DNA of 64,000 nucleotides from an uncultured Fibrobacterota bacterium (GCA_963753345.1 CAVWBU010000021.1:32001-96000); one strand, 5' to 3'; numbered from the stretch's first letter, positions 10,855-20,707 are shown. The notes: generated by a model not told the origin, from the letters alone. Numbers and translations are program-made.

Positions 10855-11490
10855 ATGAGATCACACAGGTACATTTGTTTCGCCTTGCTGCTAAGCTGCG
10901 CAATAATCCTGATGGCGGGCTGCTCGACTTCAGGGCTTGTCAAACAATGGAGCGACCCTTCCTATCATGGCCCGGCGCTGACCAAAATCCTGATCGTTGC
11001 CATCCGGAAAGACCCGACGAAGCGCCGCGTTTGGGAAGATGCCTTTTCTTCAGGACTTGCCAAGCTAGGCGTAAACGCCACACAGTCGTACCGGTTGTTT
11101 CCTGACGCAACACCGGACTCCAGCCATCTGGCCGAAGCAATGGCGGACAAGAATTTTGATGGAATCATCATCACCCGCTGGCTTCCCAAGGAAAGAATTG
11201 CCGAGTATGTGGCGCCCTCTGTCACCACGGAGCCTGAAACGAGATATAGTGCGCGTAAGCAGGAATTTGTAACATTCTATCGTGAAATTGAGAATCCGGG
11301 GTATGTTGACACGCAAGAAATAGCCAACCGCTCGATTGACGTGTGGATCGCCGGCAGCGACAGCCGGTTGATCTGGAGCGCAGTGAGTGAGACACCCGAG
11401 CCGGCCACGTCGGAAGCTGTGCACCGCGACATTGTAGGCCTCGTAACTTCTGATTTGACAAAAAGGGGCATTGTCGCGAAGGGCAAATAG
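10855..11490 (+). CDS. Hypothetical lipoprotein
   Basis: Lipobox LMAG-C, WSDPSY...KILIVAI...RRVWED, LIWSA; SD GAGG. Confidence 0.75.
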   Translation: MRSHRYICFALLLSCAIILMAGCSTSGLVKQWSDPSYHGPALTKILIVAIRKDPTKRRVWEDAFSSGLAKLGVNATQSYRLFPDATPDSSHLAEAMADKNFDGIIITRWLPKERIAEYVAPSVTTEPETRYSARKQEFVTFYREIENPGYVDTQEIANRSIDVWIAGSDSRLIWSAVSETPEPATSEAVHRDIVGLVTSDLTKRGIVAKGK

Positions 11491-11658
11491 GCAAGGTCAA
11501 TTGATCTAACTTGCGTTTGAAAATTCTGCTTTGAAATTATCACATGATTTTTAATCTTAAACCAGTAAAAAAAGGATGAGGGAAGCGCCTCTATTACCGT
11601 ATGGGGAGATATAACTTATATCACTTTTATCAATTCATCATTTCAAAGGAGGGTTTGT

Positions 11659-11847
11659 ATGGTAATCAAGCAAAAGACGACCGGAAAACTAGGCTCAACC
11701 ACCGGGCTCAACCAGTTCAAAGCTGAAATTGAGGCGCGGGCAAAGGAAATTTATCTCAAGCGTCAGGTTACCAAGACGCCTGGAGATGCACTGTCTGATT
11801 GGCTGATGGCGGAAAAAGAGATAAAGGCGAAATATAATATCGCCTGA
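11659..11847 (+). CDS. DUF2934-like small protein
   Basis: IEARAKEIYLKR...PGDALSDWLMAEKEI; strong SD AAAGGAGG. Confidence 0.75.
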   Translation: MVIKQKTTGKLGSTTGLNQFKAEIEARAKEIYLKRQVTKTPGDALSDWLMAEKEIKAKYNIA

Positions 11848-11854
11848 AAGCTCC

Positions 11855-12095
11855 GACAAGACCGGTCTTACACAGGTCGATATCGGGGTAGTCGCGGAGA
11901 GTCTTCTGGAAGCGATTTCCTCAACCTTGAAACAAGTCAAGAATATCCAAATCCGGGGGTTCGGCCGGTTCAAGCTTAGGGAAAGGAAAGCCCGTGAAGC
12001 AAGGGATCCCAAAAAAGGTGCGGCGATTCATATTGAAGGTGGAATAAAACCGATCTTCAAGTCATCGAGGAAATTGTATGCTCGCATTAAATATG
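11855..12095 (+). pseudogene. HU/IHF family DNA-binding protein lacking its N-terminus/start codon
   Basis: KTGLTQVDIGVVAESLLEAISSTLKQVKNIQIRGFGRFKLRERKAREARDPK...PIFKSS; in-frame TAA at 11822 and no ATG before the domain. Confidence 0.65.
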
Positions 12096-12165
12096 GCACA
12101 CGCAACGGTGGAATTTATGGCTCAGCTTGGTCGCCAAATAGAGCCATGAATCAATTCGGTTTCTG

Positions 12166-12879
12166 TCAATCTCCGTACAATGCTTTGAGTGCAGCTACTG
12201 TCGGATGCCCAGTGTAGAATTCTCCCTGAGGTCCTATGTATCCATTCTTGTGTTTCACCAGCCTTACCGGTGTAAATCCTCCCTTTGAAGTAGGAACATT
12301 GATTGTTGCCGTGTCACTTGATGCCGATTTCGGTAGTGCTGCAACTGGTTGTTCAACTGAAGGAGCCCCTGCTGGTGCTTCCTGGTCCTCAGATGGTGTA
12401 GCTGTTGGTGGCGGTACAACCATATAGCCATCCGAATAGGGCTGGAAATAAGATCCATCGCAATAATAATAGGGGCTTCCGTCGACATAAACTGTAGTGT
12501 AGTAGTCGGGAATGTAGTTAAAATAGGCACCCACAGACCAATAAGGCCCCCAACCGTAGTATCCGCGATAATGCCTGTGGTTGTAACCTGAATGATAATA
12601 ATTACTGCTTCCCCGATGCCCACTCCAACCAGAGGTGTTTCCCGTGGCTGCAGACTTGGCAAGACCTCCCCCATATCTGACACTGGGGGAACTTCCCCGA
12701 AACCCGCTCCTAGAAGAACCTCCCCAAGTTGTAGCCCTAGCGACACTACGAGATCCTGATGAGGAACTCCGAACAGATGCACTACTGGCACTAGATGAGC
12801 CTCTGGCAGATACATTAAATGCGGATAGTATGACCAGCAGGCTGAGGCCTAGGATTATCAGGGATGCTTTCTTCTTCAT
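12166..12879 (-). CDS. Secreted Gly/Ser/Tyr-rich hypothetical protein (DUF6515-like)
   Basis: Signal peptide, low-complexity S/G tract, YTTVYVDGSPYYYCDGSYF...YMVVPPP; SD AAGGGAG. Confidence 0.75.
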   Translation of the reverse strand: MKKKASLIILGLSLLVILSAFNVSARGSSSASSASVRSSSSGSRSVARATTWGGSSRSGFRGSSPSVRYGGGLAKSAATGNTSGWSGHRGSSNYYHSGYNHRHYRGYYGWGPYWSVGAYFNYIPDYYTTVYVDGSPYYYCDGSYFQPYSDGYMVVPPPTATPSEDQEAPAGAPSVEQPVAALPKSASSDTATINVPTSKGGFTPVRLVKHKNGYIGPQGEFYTGHPTVAALKALYGD

Positions 12880-13055
12880 ACCAGTCTCCCTTCTTTACCT
12901 ATATATTAGACAAATAGGAAATGGAAAAAGTTACAAGAAGAAAAGTGGCGCATCTTGAAGCAGGAGCCAGGCTTACAGCCTCGGCACAATACACATCTCC
13001 GCAAATATACTCTTCCAAATTCTTGAAGGGACATATTTTACCCGATTGTACAAAT

Positions 13056-13235
13056 ATGGCGAGAACCAAAATATCAATCCGCAAATATCTTTTGGCGAGG
13101 CTGTTTAAACACCATGCGCTGTTCATCACTCTGACATTTTTATCCACCACCCTCTTTGCCGGTCCACCGTACCAGACCGACGATCCTGAACCACCAGAAC
13201 CAGGGCATTGGGAACTATTCTTTGCGGCGTACGCC
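13056..13235 (+). pseudogene. N-terminal fragment of an exported/outer-membrane protein
   Basis: Signal peptide followed by AGPPYQTDDPEP..GHWELF, then runs into the antisense of the integrase. Confidence 0.55.
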
Positions 13236-13752
13236 TCTGCCGAGGCAGCTTTGGGGCGACGATTTCTTCGGTAGGGTTTTCGGAGCAGTAATTTTGCTTG
13301 ATCGCCCACTTGAAGAACTTGCGAAGCTGTCGCCGTTCCTCACGCCTGGTCTTGGCGGTCATGCCCTGCGCGACCCTCTTATCCATGAATTCCTGTGCCA
13401 TCTCTTTGTCGAACGCTCTGAATTGTTCGAGATGCCTTTCCCGGGCAAAGGCGATGAAGTTGTTCACCGTTGCCTGTTCCCTGCGGATCGAGCTCTGTTG
13501 CTTGTCGATACCGATGGTGCTGCGCGGTACGACCGTGTCCAGAAACCTGATCAAGGCCTGTTCCAGGTTGCTGTTGACAATCAGGACCGGTGCCTTATGC
13601 GTCCTGTTCAATTCCTTCGCCGAATATTCCCTTGCCAGATAATCAGCGTCGGTCTTGTTTGCGTCCTTGCAACAGGATTTTGTTTTCCATTTACCGCTTT
13701 CATCCTTATATCGAATGTACCAGATGTTGTTGCGTTTGAAGGCATGAGCCAT
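13235..13752 (-). pseudogene. Truncated tyrosine integrase (arm-binding and core-binding domains only)
   Basis: WYIRYKDESGKWKTKS, QLRKFFKWAIKQNYCSENP. No catalytic R..HxxR..Y domain. Lies just 3' of tRNA-Ser. Confidence 0.8.
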
Positions 13753-13921
13753 TGTGTCCCCCCGTTTGTTTGTTCTTTACAGGATAAGATAGGTCGACTG
13801 CGACAAAACTGCGACAAGACTGCCGCAAAAAAGGGGGGGGACCGCGGGGAAAAGCGGGAAGAAGCGCGAACCGAAGGTTCGCCCGGAAGTTTATGATTTT
13901 ACGGGCAAATACGAACAGAAA

Positions 13922-13952
13922 GGGGTTCCTTGCTTGTCAGGCAAGAAACCCC
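13922..13952 (-). terminator. Hairpin/terminator downstream of tRNA-Ser
   Basis: GGGGTTCCTTGC...GCAAGAAACCCC stem. Confidence 0.55.
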
Positions 13953-13962
13953 ATCCGCATAG

Positions 13963-14054
13963 TGGCGGAGAGGCAGGGATTCGAACCCTGGGCACCCACT
14001 GAAGGGCGCAACGGTTTTCGAGACCGCCCCTTTCAACCGCTCAGGCACCTCTCC
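13963..14054 (-). tRNA. tRNA-Ser (anticodon CGA)
   Basis: GGAGAGG acceptor, GCGGT-CTCGAAA-ACCGT anticodon arm, long variable arm, GGTTCGAATCC T-loop, encoded CCA. Confidence 0.96.
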
Positions 14055-14120
14055 GCGGATATCCTAAGCCGAGAATAATCAACCTGATTTATTGTGGCGC
14101 TCTCGAAAACTTTTTTTGAG

Positions 14121-14226
14121 TCGAGACCGCCCCGTTGTCACTTCGTTCCCTTGGGAGAGGCATGCGAGCCTGCGGCTCGTTGATACTTGAAGCCGTTTGC
14201 CCAATCAACCGCTCAGGCACCTCTCC
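14121..14226 (-). pseudogene. Second copy of the tRNA-Ser 5' half, with a ~69 bp structured insertion in the D-loop
   Basis: 14205-14226 is identical to 14033-14054 and 14121-14133 is identical to 14018-14030; the copy ends at the anticodon. Confidence 0.8.
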
Positions 14227-14616
14227 GAGGAAGGGAAAAAATATATCCTGAAAAAGTTTGAGCCAATGTAATAAGAAATAATGGCTGGGAAGATCATAGT
14301 AACCTGTTGATTGGTTTTACGGCCGGAGGCTTTTTCCGGAAGGGGCGCTCCATAGGCATGGCGTCTATTTCGAGTATCCGCGGCGAGGGTGGATTGATGG
14401 CGCATTGTTTCCCCTTCATCAAGCAGGCTCGAGTCCGCCCGACCTAAGGTTCTTTACGGAAGCAGAGAGCCTCCGCCAGAGGATAGCTTTGAGGAAAAAC
14501 ACCGTGACTGGTTTTTCCTTTCTTGACGACAACAACTGGAAATACCTATATTTTTTCGGTATTGGACAAAAGCTTTCAACAGAAAAACGGCCGATGGTAA
14601 AAATCAAGGAGTCCTT

Positions 14617-15420
14617 ATGAAGAAGAAAGCCGGAATGATGGCGGCCATGCTGACGTTGATGGTGTTCTCCTATGTGATGTCTGCGCCGGGATTGAAGGTG
14701 ACTATGACGGCCGTCGATCCTCCGGGAGGTTCATGGGAACCCAACTATGAGCTGGTCATGTGGATCAGAAATGCGGCCGGTTCCTTTGTTAAAACATTCG
14801 GGTCATGGGGCCAGGACCGTAGCAGCAACGACTTTCCTATCTGGTACGCAAACAGCGGCGGCGCGACTACTGTTGACGGGACAACCGGAGCGACGCTGAC
14901 CGCCGACACCACGCTGAATTCGACCTGGAACCTGACCGGCGCCAACAATGCAGCCGTGCCGAACGGCTCCTACTCCTACCGGATCGAGCTGAGCAACCAT
15001 CACACCCTGACTGCCTATGCCGCCTATTTTGTCGCAGGGACCATACAGATCGACAGCACCTCCAAAGTGAAGAACGGGGTAGACTCGAGCGTGAATAACG
15101 GATCGACCTACATAACGAATGTTATCGCGGAATACACCGCTCCCGCCAACGGCACAATCAACGCTGTTCCGGAAAATAGAACGGTAAATCCTCTCGCCTT
15201 CGTGACGCCGGCACATTTCGGCCGCGGCACGGTAACCATACGGCTATTCGCTTCCAACGGAAAAGTGGTGTGGCAGGAAACATACGCCACGTCGGCGGGA
15301 AACAGCATCGTGGTATCACACAACGATATTAAACAATCAATCCGGTTTTCGGGCGTTGGCATGCTGGTGGCAGACTACGGGACAGAGAAAATTATAAGGC
15401 GTTTCCTGCAAGTGAATTAG
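14617..15420 (+). CDS. Secreted DUF2271-like protein with C-terminal sorting-like domain
   Basis: Signal peptide; VMWIRNAAGSFVKT, VDGTTGAT, WNLT...VPNGSYSYRIE; TIRLFASNGKVV tail. Confidence 0.75.
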   Translation: MKKKAGMMAAMLTLMVFSYVMSAPGLKVTMTAVDPPGGSWEPNYELVMWIRNAAGSFVKTFGSWGQDRSSNDFPIWYANSGGATTVDGTTGATLTADTTLNSTWNLTGANNAAVPNGSYSYRIELSNHHTLTAYAAYFVAGTIQIDSTSKVKNGVDSSVNNGSTYITNVIAEYTAPANGTINAVPENRTVNPLAFVTPAHFGRGTVTIRLFASNGKVVWQETYATSAGNSIVVSHNDIKQSIRFSGVGMLVADYGTEKIIRRFLQVN

Positions 15421-15516
15421 CGTTTCTCTTTCCGCCCCTTGGAACGACTGGTGATGGGGAGGTGATCCGGCGCTGTCGGGGTGCCGCAAAATCACCCGCT
15501 GGGATGCAGGCAGTTC

Positions 15517-16401
15517 TTACTCGCTTATCTTCATCTTCAGCACATCCGGGTTAAACGCCTTTACCGATACGCTCACCCGATCTCCCGGCGCAAGTCCTGC
15601 GGCTTCTTCGTGGGAGAGCGCGATACGTGATATTTTCTCTCCTACCGCTATTGTTACCACATTGACCGCACCCTGTGTCCGGTTATCGAGCACCTGCCCC
15701 GACACTCTCAGACGGTCGCCGTGGCCGCCGAAAATTTCCTGCGGCGTTCCGGAAGCGGCCACCGATCCGTCGGCGATACGCATAACCCTCGTTGCCAGCC
15801 TGAAGATCTCGCCGCAATCGTGGCTCACCAGAAACGTCAACACCGGCATGGCGCGCCTGGCCGACGCAAGCGCTTCCTGGAGCGAGTTCCTCATCGCAGG
15901 GTCGAGCGCCGACAGCGGCTCGTCAAGGAGCAATACCGATGGGCTTGCCGCGAGCGTGCGTGCAAGCGCGACGCGTTGCTGCTGGCCGCCGGACAACATT
16001 GCAGGCAGGCTGCGGCGGAGCCCGGACAGCCCAAATGTTTCCAGAAGGGAATCGACAACACTCCCGTCGGTTCCCCGCGCGAGTCCGTATCGCACGTTCT
16101 GTTCGACGGTCATTTTGGAAAAAAGCGCGTACTCCTGAAACACGAGTCCCACGCGCCGATGCTGCGGAGGGACGTTGGTACGCGCCGCCGAGTCGAACAA
16201 AACCCGTTCTCCGAAAGTGATGCGCCCCTCATCAGGTTCCGTAAGGCCGGCGATCATGCGCAGCAGGGTGGTTTTTCCCGCCCCCGAAGGTCCGAACAGG
16301 GCGATGCATTCCGCACCGTCCGCATCAATGCGAAAATCAAGATTGAAGGTCGTGCCCCGGGCACAAAGCTTCTTGCACACCGTCATGGAAAACGCGGCCA
16401 T
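15517..16401 (-). CDS. modC: Molybdate ABC transporter ATP-binding protein
   Basis: ALFGPSGAGKTT, VFQEYALF, LSGGQQQR, C-terminal TOBE; follows modB. Confidence 0.88.
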   Translation of the reverse strand: MAAFSMTVCKKLCARGTTFNLDFRIDADGAECIALFGPSGAGKTTLLRMIAGLTEPDEGRITFGERVLFDSAARTNVPPQHRRVGLVFQEYALFSKMTVEQNVRYGLARGTDGSVVDSLLETFGLSGLRRSLPAMLSGGQQQRVALARTLAASPSVLLLDEPLSALDPAMRNSLQEALASARRAMPVLTFLVSHDCGEIFRLATRVMRIADGSVAASGTPQEIFGGHGDRLRVSGQVLDNRTQGAVNVVTIAVGEKISRIALSHEEAAGLAPGDRVSVSVKAFNPDVLKMKISE

Positions 16402-16402
16402 G

Positions 16403-17074
16403 TCACCAGGTCCTTGCGAATCGCTTGTTGACAAGGATGAGCAGGAACAGCACGGCGAACGAGACGACCACCAGTACCGCCGAATACAGGTGCGCCGCGG
16501 CGAAATGGAGCGATTCGACTTCGTCGTAGACGGCAATTGACGCAACGCGCGTCACGCCGGGGATTTTGCCGCCGATCATGAGCACCATGCCGAACTCGCC
16601 AATGGTGTGCGCGAACGTGAGGATAAGCCCCGTCAGTATGCTCGGCCGGATCGAGGGCAGCAGCACCCGCCAGAACGTTGTCCAGCGGCCCTTCCCCAGA
16701 ACAAAACTCGCTTCGCACAGCGACCGCGGCAGCGACTCCAGCCCCGACAGCACCGGATTGACCATGAACGGCACGTTGAACAGCACAGACCCGACTACGA
16801 GCCCCTCAAAGGTGAACACGAGGCGCAGGTGGAAAACGTGCTGCAAAAAGTGGCCAAGCGGCGCCGAGGGATTGAACAGGAGGAGGAGGTAAAACCCGAC
16901 GACCACCGGCGGGAGCACGAGCGGCAGGTTGACGAGCACCCGCGCCACGTATCCTGCGGGAGAGCGCGTGAAATACAGCCAGAGCACGAGCGGCAGGGAC
17001 AGCACGAACAGTATGACCGCCGCCACCGCGGCGAGCTTCAGGGAAAGGATCAGCGGCACGGGATCGAAGCTCAC
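16403..17074 (-). CDS. modB: Molybdate ABC transporter permease
   Basis: LPLVLPPVVVGFYLL, FAHTIGEFGMVLMIGGKIPGVTR. Confidence 0.93.
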   Translation of the reverse strand: MSFDPVPLILSLKLAAVAAVILFVLSLPLVLWLYFTRSPAGYVARVLVNLPLVLPPVVVGFYLLLLFNPSAPLGHFLQHVFHLRLVFTFEGLVVGSVLFNVPFMVNPVLSGLESLPRSLCEASFVLGKGRWTTFWRVLLPSIRPSILTGLILTFAHTIGEFGMVLMIGGKIPGVTRVASIAVYDEVESLHFAAAHLYSAVLVVVSFAVLFLLILVNKRFARTW

Positions 17075-17475
17075 CCGGCCTCCGGAGCGATCATCACTTC
17101 GGTGGATTTGACAAGCGCGAACACCTGCGTCCCGGCAGAAAGCCCCAGGTCCCGTGCGCTTTCGGACGTGATGAGCGCGGCAAGCGGTGTTCCGGAAAAG
17201 TCAAGATTCACGCGGCCGAGAACGCCGTCGTCCTCAACCGACTTCACGGTGCAGGGCAGCCTATTGCGTATGCTCAATTTTCCCTCGAACGTGCCAAGGG
17301 CAAGCGCTGTTTCGGACTCCTTGAAACAGACGGTCACCTGCGCGCCCTGCTCCGGGAGAAACGAAGGCTCCTCGAGCAGGACCGCAGTGACCGTTGCAGG
17401 ACCGAGATTCACCGTGATCTTTGCGATCGCGCCGCTGGATTCTCGCGAGACAAGCGTTCCGGCGAGGCGGTTCAC
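17071..17475 (-). CDS. Tandem TOBE (Mop/ModG-like) molybdate-binding protein
   Basis: GTG start overlapping the modA stop; LSIRNRLPC, ALITSESARDLGL...FALVKSTEV. Confidence 0.85.
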   Translation of the reverse strand: MNRLAGTLVSRESSGAIAKITVNLGPATVTAVLLEEPSFLPEQGAQVTVCFKESETALALGTFEGKLSIRNRLPCTVKSVEDDGVLGRVNLDFSGTPLAALITSESARDLGLSAGTQVFALVKSTEVMIAPEAG

Positions 17476-18224
17476 GGCAGCGAATACCCGAACTGTTTCA
17501 TGATGTTCCGCGCCTCGTCGCCAAGCAGAAAAGCCACGAATTTCTCCGCAACTTCGGGGTTGTTGTCGGCACCGTACCTGCACACCACAACGCCCTGGGC
17601 AATAACGCTGTAAAGAGTGCTGTCAACATCTGCCCACGTCCCTTTATCCTTGTTCTGCGGAGACAGAACGATCGATTTTGCGGTAAACCCGATGTTTGCC
17701 GCACCGGTGACAATATACTGCGCGGCCTGAGCGATATTGTCGCCATAAACGATGCGGGATGAAACACCGTCATAGATGCCGGCATTTTTCATGGCGCGCA
17801 CCGATTCCCTGCCATAGGGCGCGAGCCTTGGGTCTGCAATGGCGATTTTCTGGATGCCGGCGTCGGCAAGTCCAGCCACCCCCTTTTCGGCAAGACCGGG
17901 TTTGAGCGACCAGAGCACGAGCTTTCCGTAGGCATAGACTTTCGGTTTGTCAACGGCATATTTCCAGACGAAAAGGCTTTCGGGATAGTCCATGTCCGCG
18001 GATACGAACACGTCGAACGGTGCGCCGTTTTTTATCTGCGAAACGAATTTTCCCGAGGCGCCGTAGACTGGTCTGATCTGGCTGCCGGTTTTCTCATACG
18101 CGGTTTTGATTTCGTCCATGGCATACTGCATGTTCGCGGCGCAGGCGACCGTGGCCTGGGAAAAAACGCTTTTACAGACAAAGAGCGCTACAAGCACTCC
18201 AATATATGCAAATGATTTTCTCAT
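17472..18224 (-). CDS. modA: Molybdate ABC transporter substrate-binding protein
   Basis: ACAAN, GASGKF..QIKNGAPFDVFVSAD, IAIADP..APYG, GDNIAQA. Confidence 0.93.
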   Translation of the reverse strand: MRKSFAYIGVLVALFVCKSVFSQATVACAANMQYAMDEIKTAYEKTGSQIRPVYGASGKFVSQIKNGAPFDVFVSADMDYPESLFVWKYAVDKPKVYAYGKLVLWSLKPGLAEKGVAGLADAGIQKIAIADPRLAPYGRESVRAMKNAGIYDGVSSRIVYGDNIAQAAQYIVTGAANIGFTAKSIVLSPQNKDKGTWADVDSTLYSVIAQGVVVCRYGADNNPEVAEKFVAFLLGDEARNIMKQFGYSLP

Positions 18225-18279
18225 GGGGTTCCTCTACTTTTAAAATAGTAAACGGCTTGTTGGGTCCCGAACATTCCCT

Positions 18280-19605
18280 TCAAAATTGGACCTGGAAATT
18301 GATCGCAACCATATCGCCGCGCATGGTCACATTTCCGTTTGCGTCAGGCGGTGCACTCTCATAGAGGGATTTCGGCCTTCCGCCTTGCTTGATATAATGT
18401 GCTGCGATTTTAAATCTGTTTTTATTCAGATACCAGTTGAGCCCGGCATCTAAGATGTGGTCGACACCGTTGGGATCAACCACGCTTGCCGCATCGCCGT
18501 CAAATTCGGTGTACATGAGCGCCGGTTCGAGAAACTGGCCCTTGGGAAGCGGAATGTCGTACCCGCCCCTGATATGGTACACCCGGTCCTCAAAGTTTGC
18601 GGCCGGCGCTTTCACGAGACCGCCGTGGTAGGAAATGCCGTTGACGCTGCGGGACATGACATCGTATTCACCATCGACATTGAGCCCCATGAAATTCCCC
18701 ACAAAGTCTCCGCCGAAGCTTCCATTTTTCTGAAAACCGCCGACGTACTTTACAGCGCCGGAATACGTCTTTGTGGCGGCAGCATACTTTACTGCGCTCG
18801 TGTCCCACGTTTCGTCCGTTGCACCCTGATAGCTGTAATGACCGCCGAACGTTATTCCCCTGCGCTGCCCGAAAAAATTGATATCGGGAGAAAGACGGTA
18901 CGAAGGCATGTCCGCATCAAAAAGGCTCACCGCGAGCCGGCCGACCGCCAGCGGATGCCATTTCCGGGGCCCGCCATCCGTTCCGGCAATCAATCCCTGC
19001 GTCGGATCAAATCCTCCAATATTATACGCCACCCCGACAAATTTTGAACCGTAAAATCCGCCGACATTCACGCCGGTTTCACGTCCGCTTGTCCTGCCTG
19101 TTAAAAAGGACCGCAGGTACGTGCTCGTTAACCCTTTGTCAAGAGAATTGACTCCTGCGTCGGGAGCAATGTTCTCATGCCCGCTTTGGGGCCGGAAATA
19201 CCCGAAGGTGATGTTCGCAAACCTTGGTTCAACCGCGTAGGTCATGTACAGGTCGTAGAGCTGGAAGGTGGCGTTCGTGGTGGCCTGGCCGGTGCCCAGC
19301 GAACCCGTGAACTGGTCTTTGCCGAGGTTGTCAAAGGCAAAGATTGTGGAATAGGTCAGGTTCGGGATCGCCTGGCCCTGCACGCCGACCCTGCCTTGTT
19401 TTAGAAAAAGGTCGGCGCAGTTAGAGGTGGCAGGCACATCATTCACATTCCACGTGTATGCCCCCCACACTTGGTACGTTTGTATCAGTTCCAGGTCGGA
19501 TTTTCCGTCGTTGAAGGTAAGTTTTGGCCCTGCAAAGATGGAAGGGGCGGATACGGTAGCCATGATCAGAAAAACAGCTGCAGTACAGACGATACAAGGT
19601 TTCAT
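18280..19605 (-). CDS. Outer-membrane porin-like protein (OprO/OprP-like)
   Basis: Signal peptide, beta-strand pattern, GRETGVNVGG, GLNWYL, C-terminal INFQVQF. Confidence 0.7.
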   Translation of the reverse strand: MKPCIVCTAAVFLIMATVSAPSIFAGPKLTFNDGKSDLELIQTYQVWGAYTWNVNDVPATSNCADLFLKQGRVGVQGQAIPNLTYSTIFAFDNLGKDQFTGSLGTGQATTNATFQLYDLYMTYAVEPRFANITFGYFRPQSGHENIAPDAGVNSLDKGLTSTYLRSFLTGRTSGRETGVNVGGFYGSKFVGVAYNIGGFDPTQGLIAGTDGGPRKWHPLAVGRLAVSLFDADMPSYRLSPDINFFGQRRGITFGGHYSYQGATDETWDTSAVKYAAATKTYSGAVKYVGGFQKNGSFGGDFVGNFMGLNVDGEYDVMSRSVNGISYHGGLVKAPAANFEDRVYHIRGGYDIPLPKGQFLEPALMYTEFDGDAASVVDPNGVDHILDAGLNWYLNKNRFKIAAHYIKQGGRPKSLYESAPPDANGNVTMRGDMVAINFQVQF

Positions 19606-19633
19606 GGTGAGTCCTTTCAGGAAGTTTATGGTG

Positions 19634-20509
19634 TTATTTTTTCACTTTTTGCGGTGAGTTTTGTTTGACCGCCAGCGGTATGAATGACTGCCGGTGAAAT
19701 TTCTCTATGCCGAACTCGGCGATGTATTTCTGGACATCCGGTGAGGTCAGAAAGCCGATGAATTGCATTGCCGCAACGTAATTCACCTTCGGGAACTTAG
19801 CCGGATTTATCGCCATGACATCGTAGTTGGTGAAAAGCTTGGCCGTGTCTTCCACCAACGGCACCAAATCAACGGTCTCCTGCATCTGTGTAAACGACGC
19901 CCACTGGGAAATGAAGTACGCTCGTTTCTTTGCGGCCATGGTCAATGTTTCCGACGTTCCTAACTTTGTTACAATGTACCAGTCGCCCTCCGGTTTTATT
20001 TTTATCATTTTCCAGAGCCGCAACTCCAACATATGCGTGCCGGATGAATCCCCTCTTGAAAAGAAGGTCGCCTTTGCTTTGGCGATCGTTTTCAAGGCCT
20101 CAAGTGCGTCCTTCATGCCCTTGATCTTTGCCGGATCCTCTTTTGGGCCCACGAGCACGAAATCCGAATAGCACACCTGCCGGAAATTCACCGCATACCC
20201 GTCCTTGATGAGCTGCTCCTCTTGCTCCTGGTCATGCCCCATCATAACGTCAATGTCATCAACGTCACTCGTGCCTTGATTGGCCCTGATGAACTTTACG
20301 GCGTCCCCGGTGCAAAGCGAGAGCACCTTGACGGGTATCTTATACTCCGCTTCAAATTTCTTGGCAAGCCCATTTGCCAAGCCCGGCGAAACGCAGGTAA
20401 CGGGGAAGATGACTTTCAATTCCCTTGCAGGATTTTCCGCCGCCTTTAATCCAGGCGACAATGTGAGAAAAAGACTTAAAACTGGCAGGAGAAGAATTCT
20501 TGTGGTCAT
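19634..20509 (-). CDS. TupA-like oxyanion-binding protein with Cys-substituted binding motifs
   Basis: DFVLVGPKEDPAKI, FSRGDSSGTH..ELRLW, NYDVMAINP as in TupA; TTTS is replaced by PVTC. Confidence 0.8.
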   Translation of the reverse strand: MTTRILLLPVLSLFLTLSPGLKAAENPARELKVIFPVTCVSPGLANGLAKKFEAEYKIPVKVLSLCTGDAVKFIRANQGTSDVDDIDVMMGHDQEQEEQLIKDGYAVNFRQVCYSDFVLVGPKEDPAKIKGMKDALEALKTIAKAKATFFSRGDSSGTHMLELRLWKMIKIKPEGDWYIVTKLGTSETLTMAAKKRAYFISQWASFTQMQETVDLVPLVEDTAKLFTNYDVMAINPAKFPKVNYVAAMQFIGFLTSPDVQKYIAEFGIEKFHRQSFIPLAVKQNSPQKVKK

Positions 20510-20563
20510 TAAAACCCCCCTTGTATGAATTGTATGAAAACACGTCGCGACATACGATAGTAT

Positions 20564-20587
20564 CGTAATATAATAAATTATATAACT
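20564..20587. promoter_or_regulatory. ModE box
   Basis: CGTAATATA-N6-TATATAACT, ~55 bp upstream of the tupA-like/porin/modABC run. Confidence 0.8.
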
Positions 20588-20707
20588 GAGCCATAAAGAA
20601 AAATTTGGCCTGAGAAATGCGCTCGGCTCGGTTTTTGACTGCCAGAATGGATTTAAAACGGAATGCTTGGTTCCTTATTCATCTGCAGCATGGTGCTTAC
20701 AATAACA

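Noticed and set aside
13963-14054. tRNA-Sec
   Set aside because: The anticodon is CGA with a 7-bp acceptor stem, i.e. tRNA-Ser.
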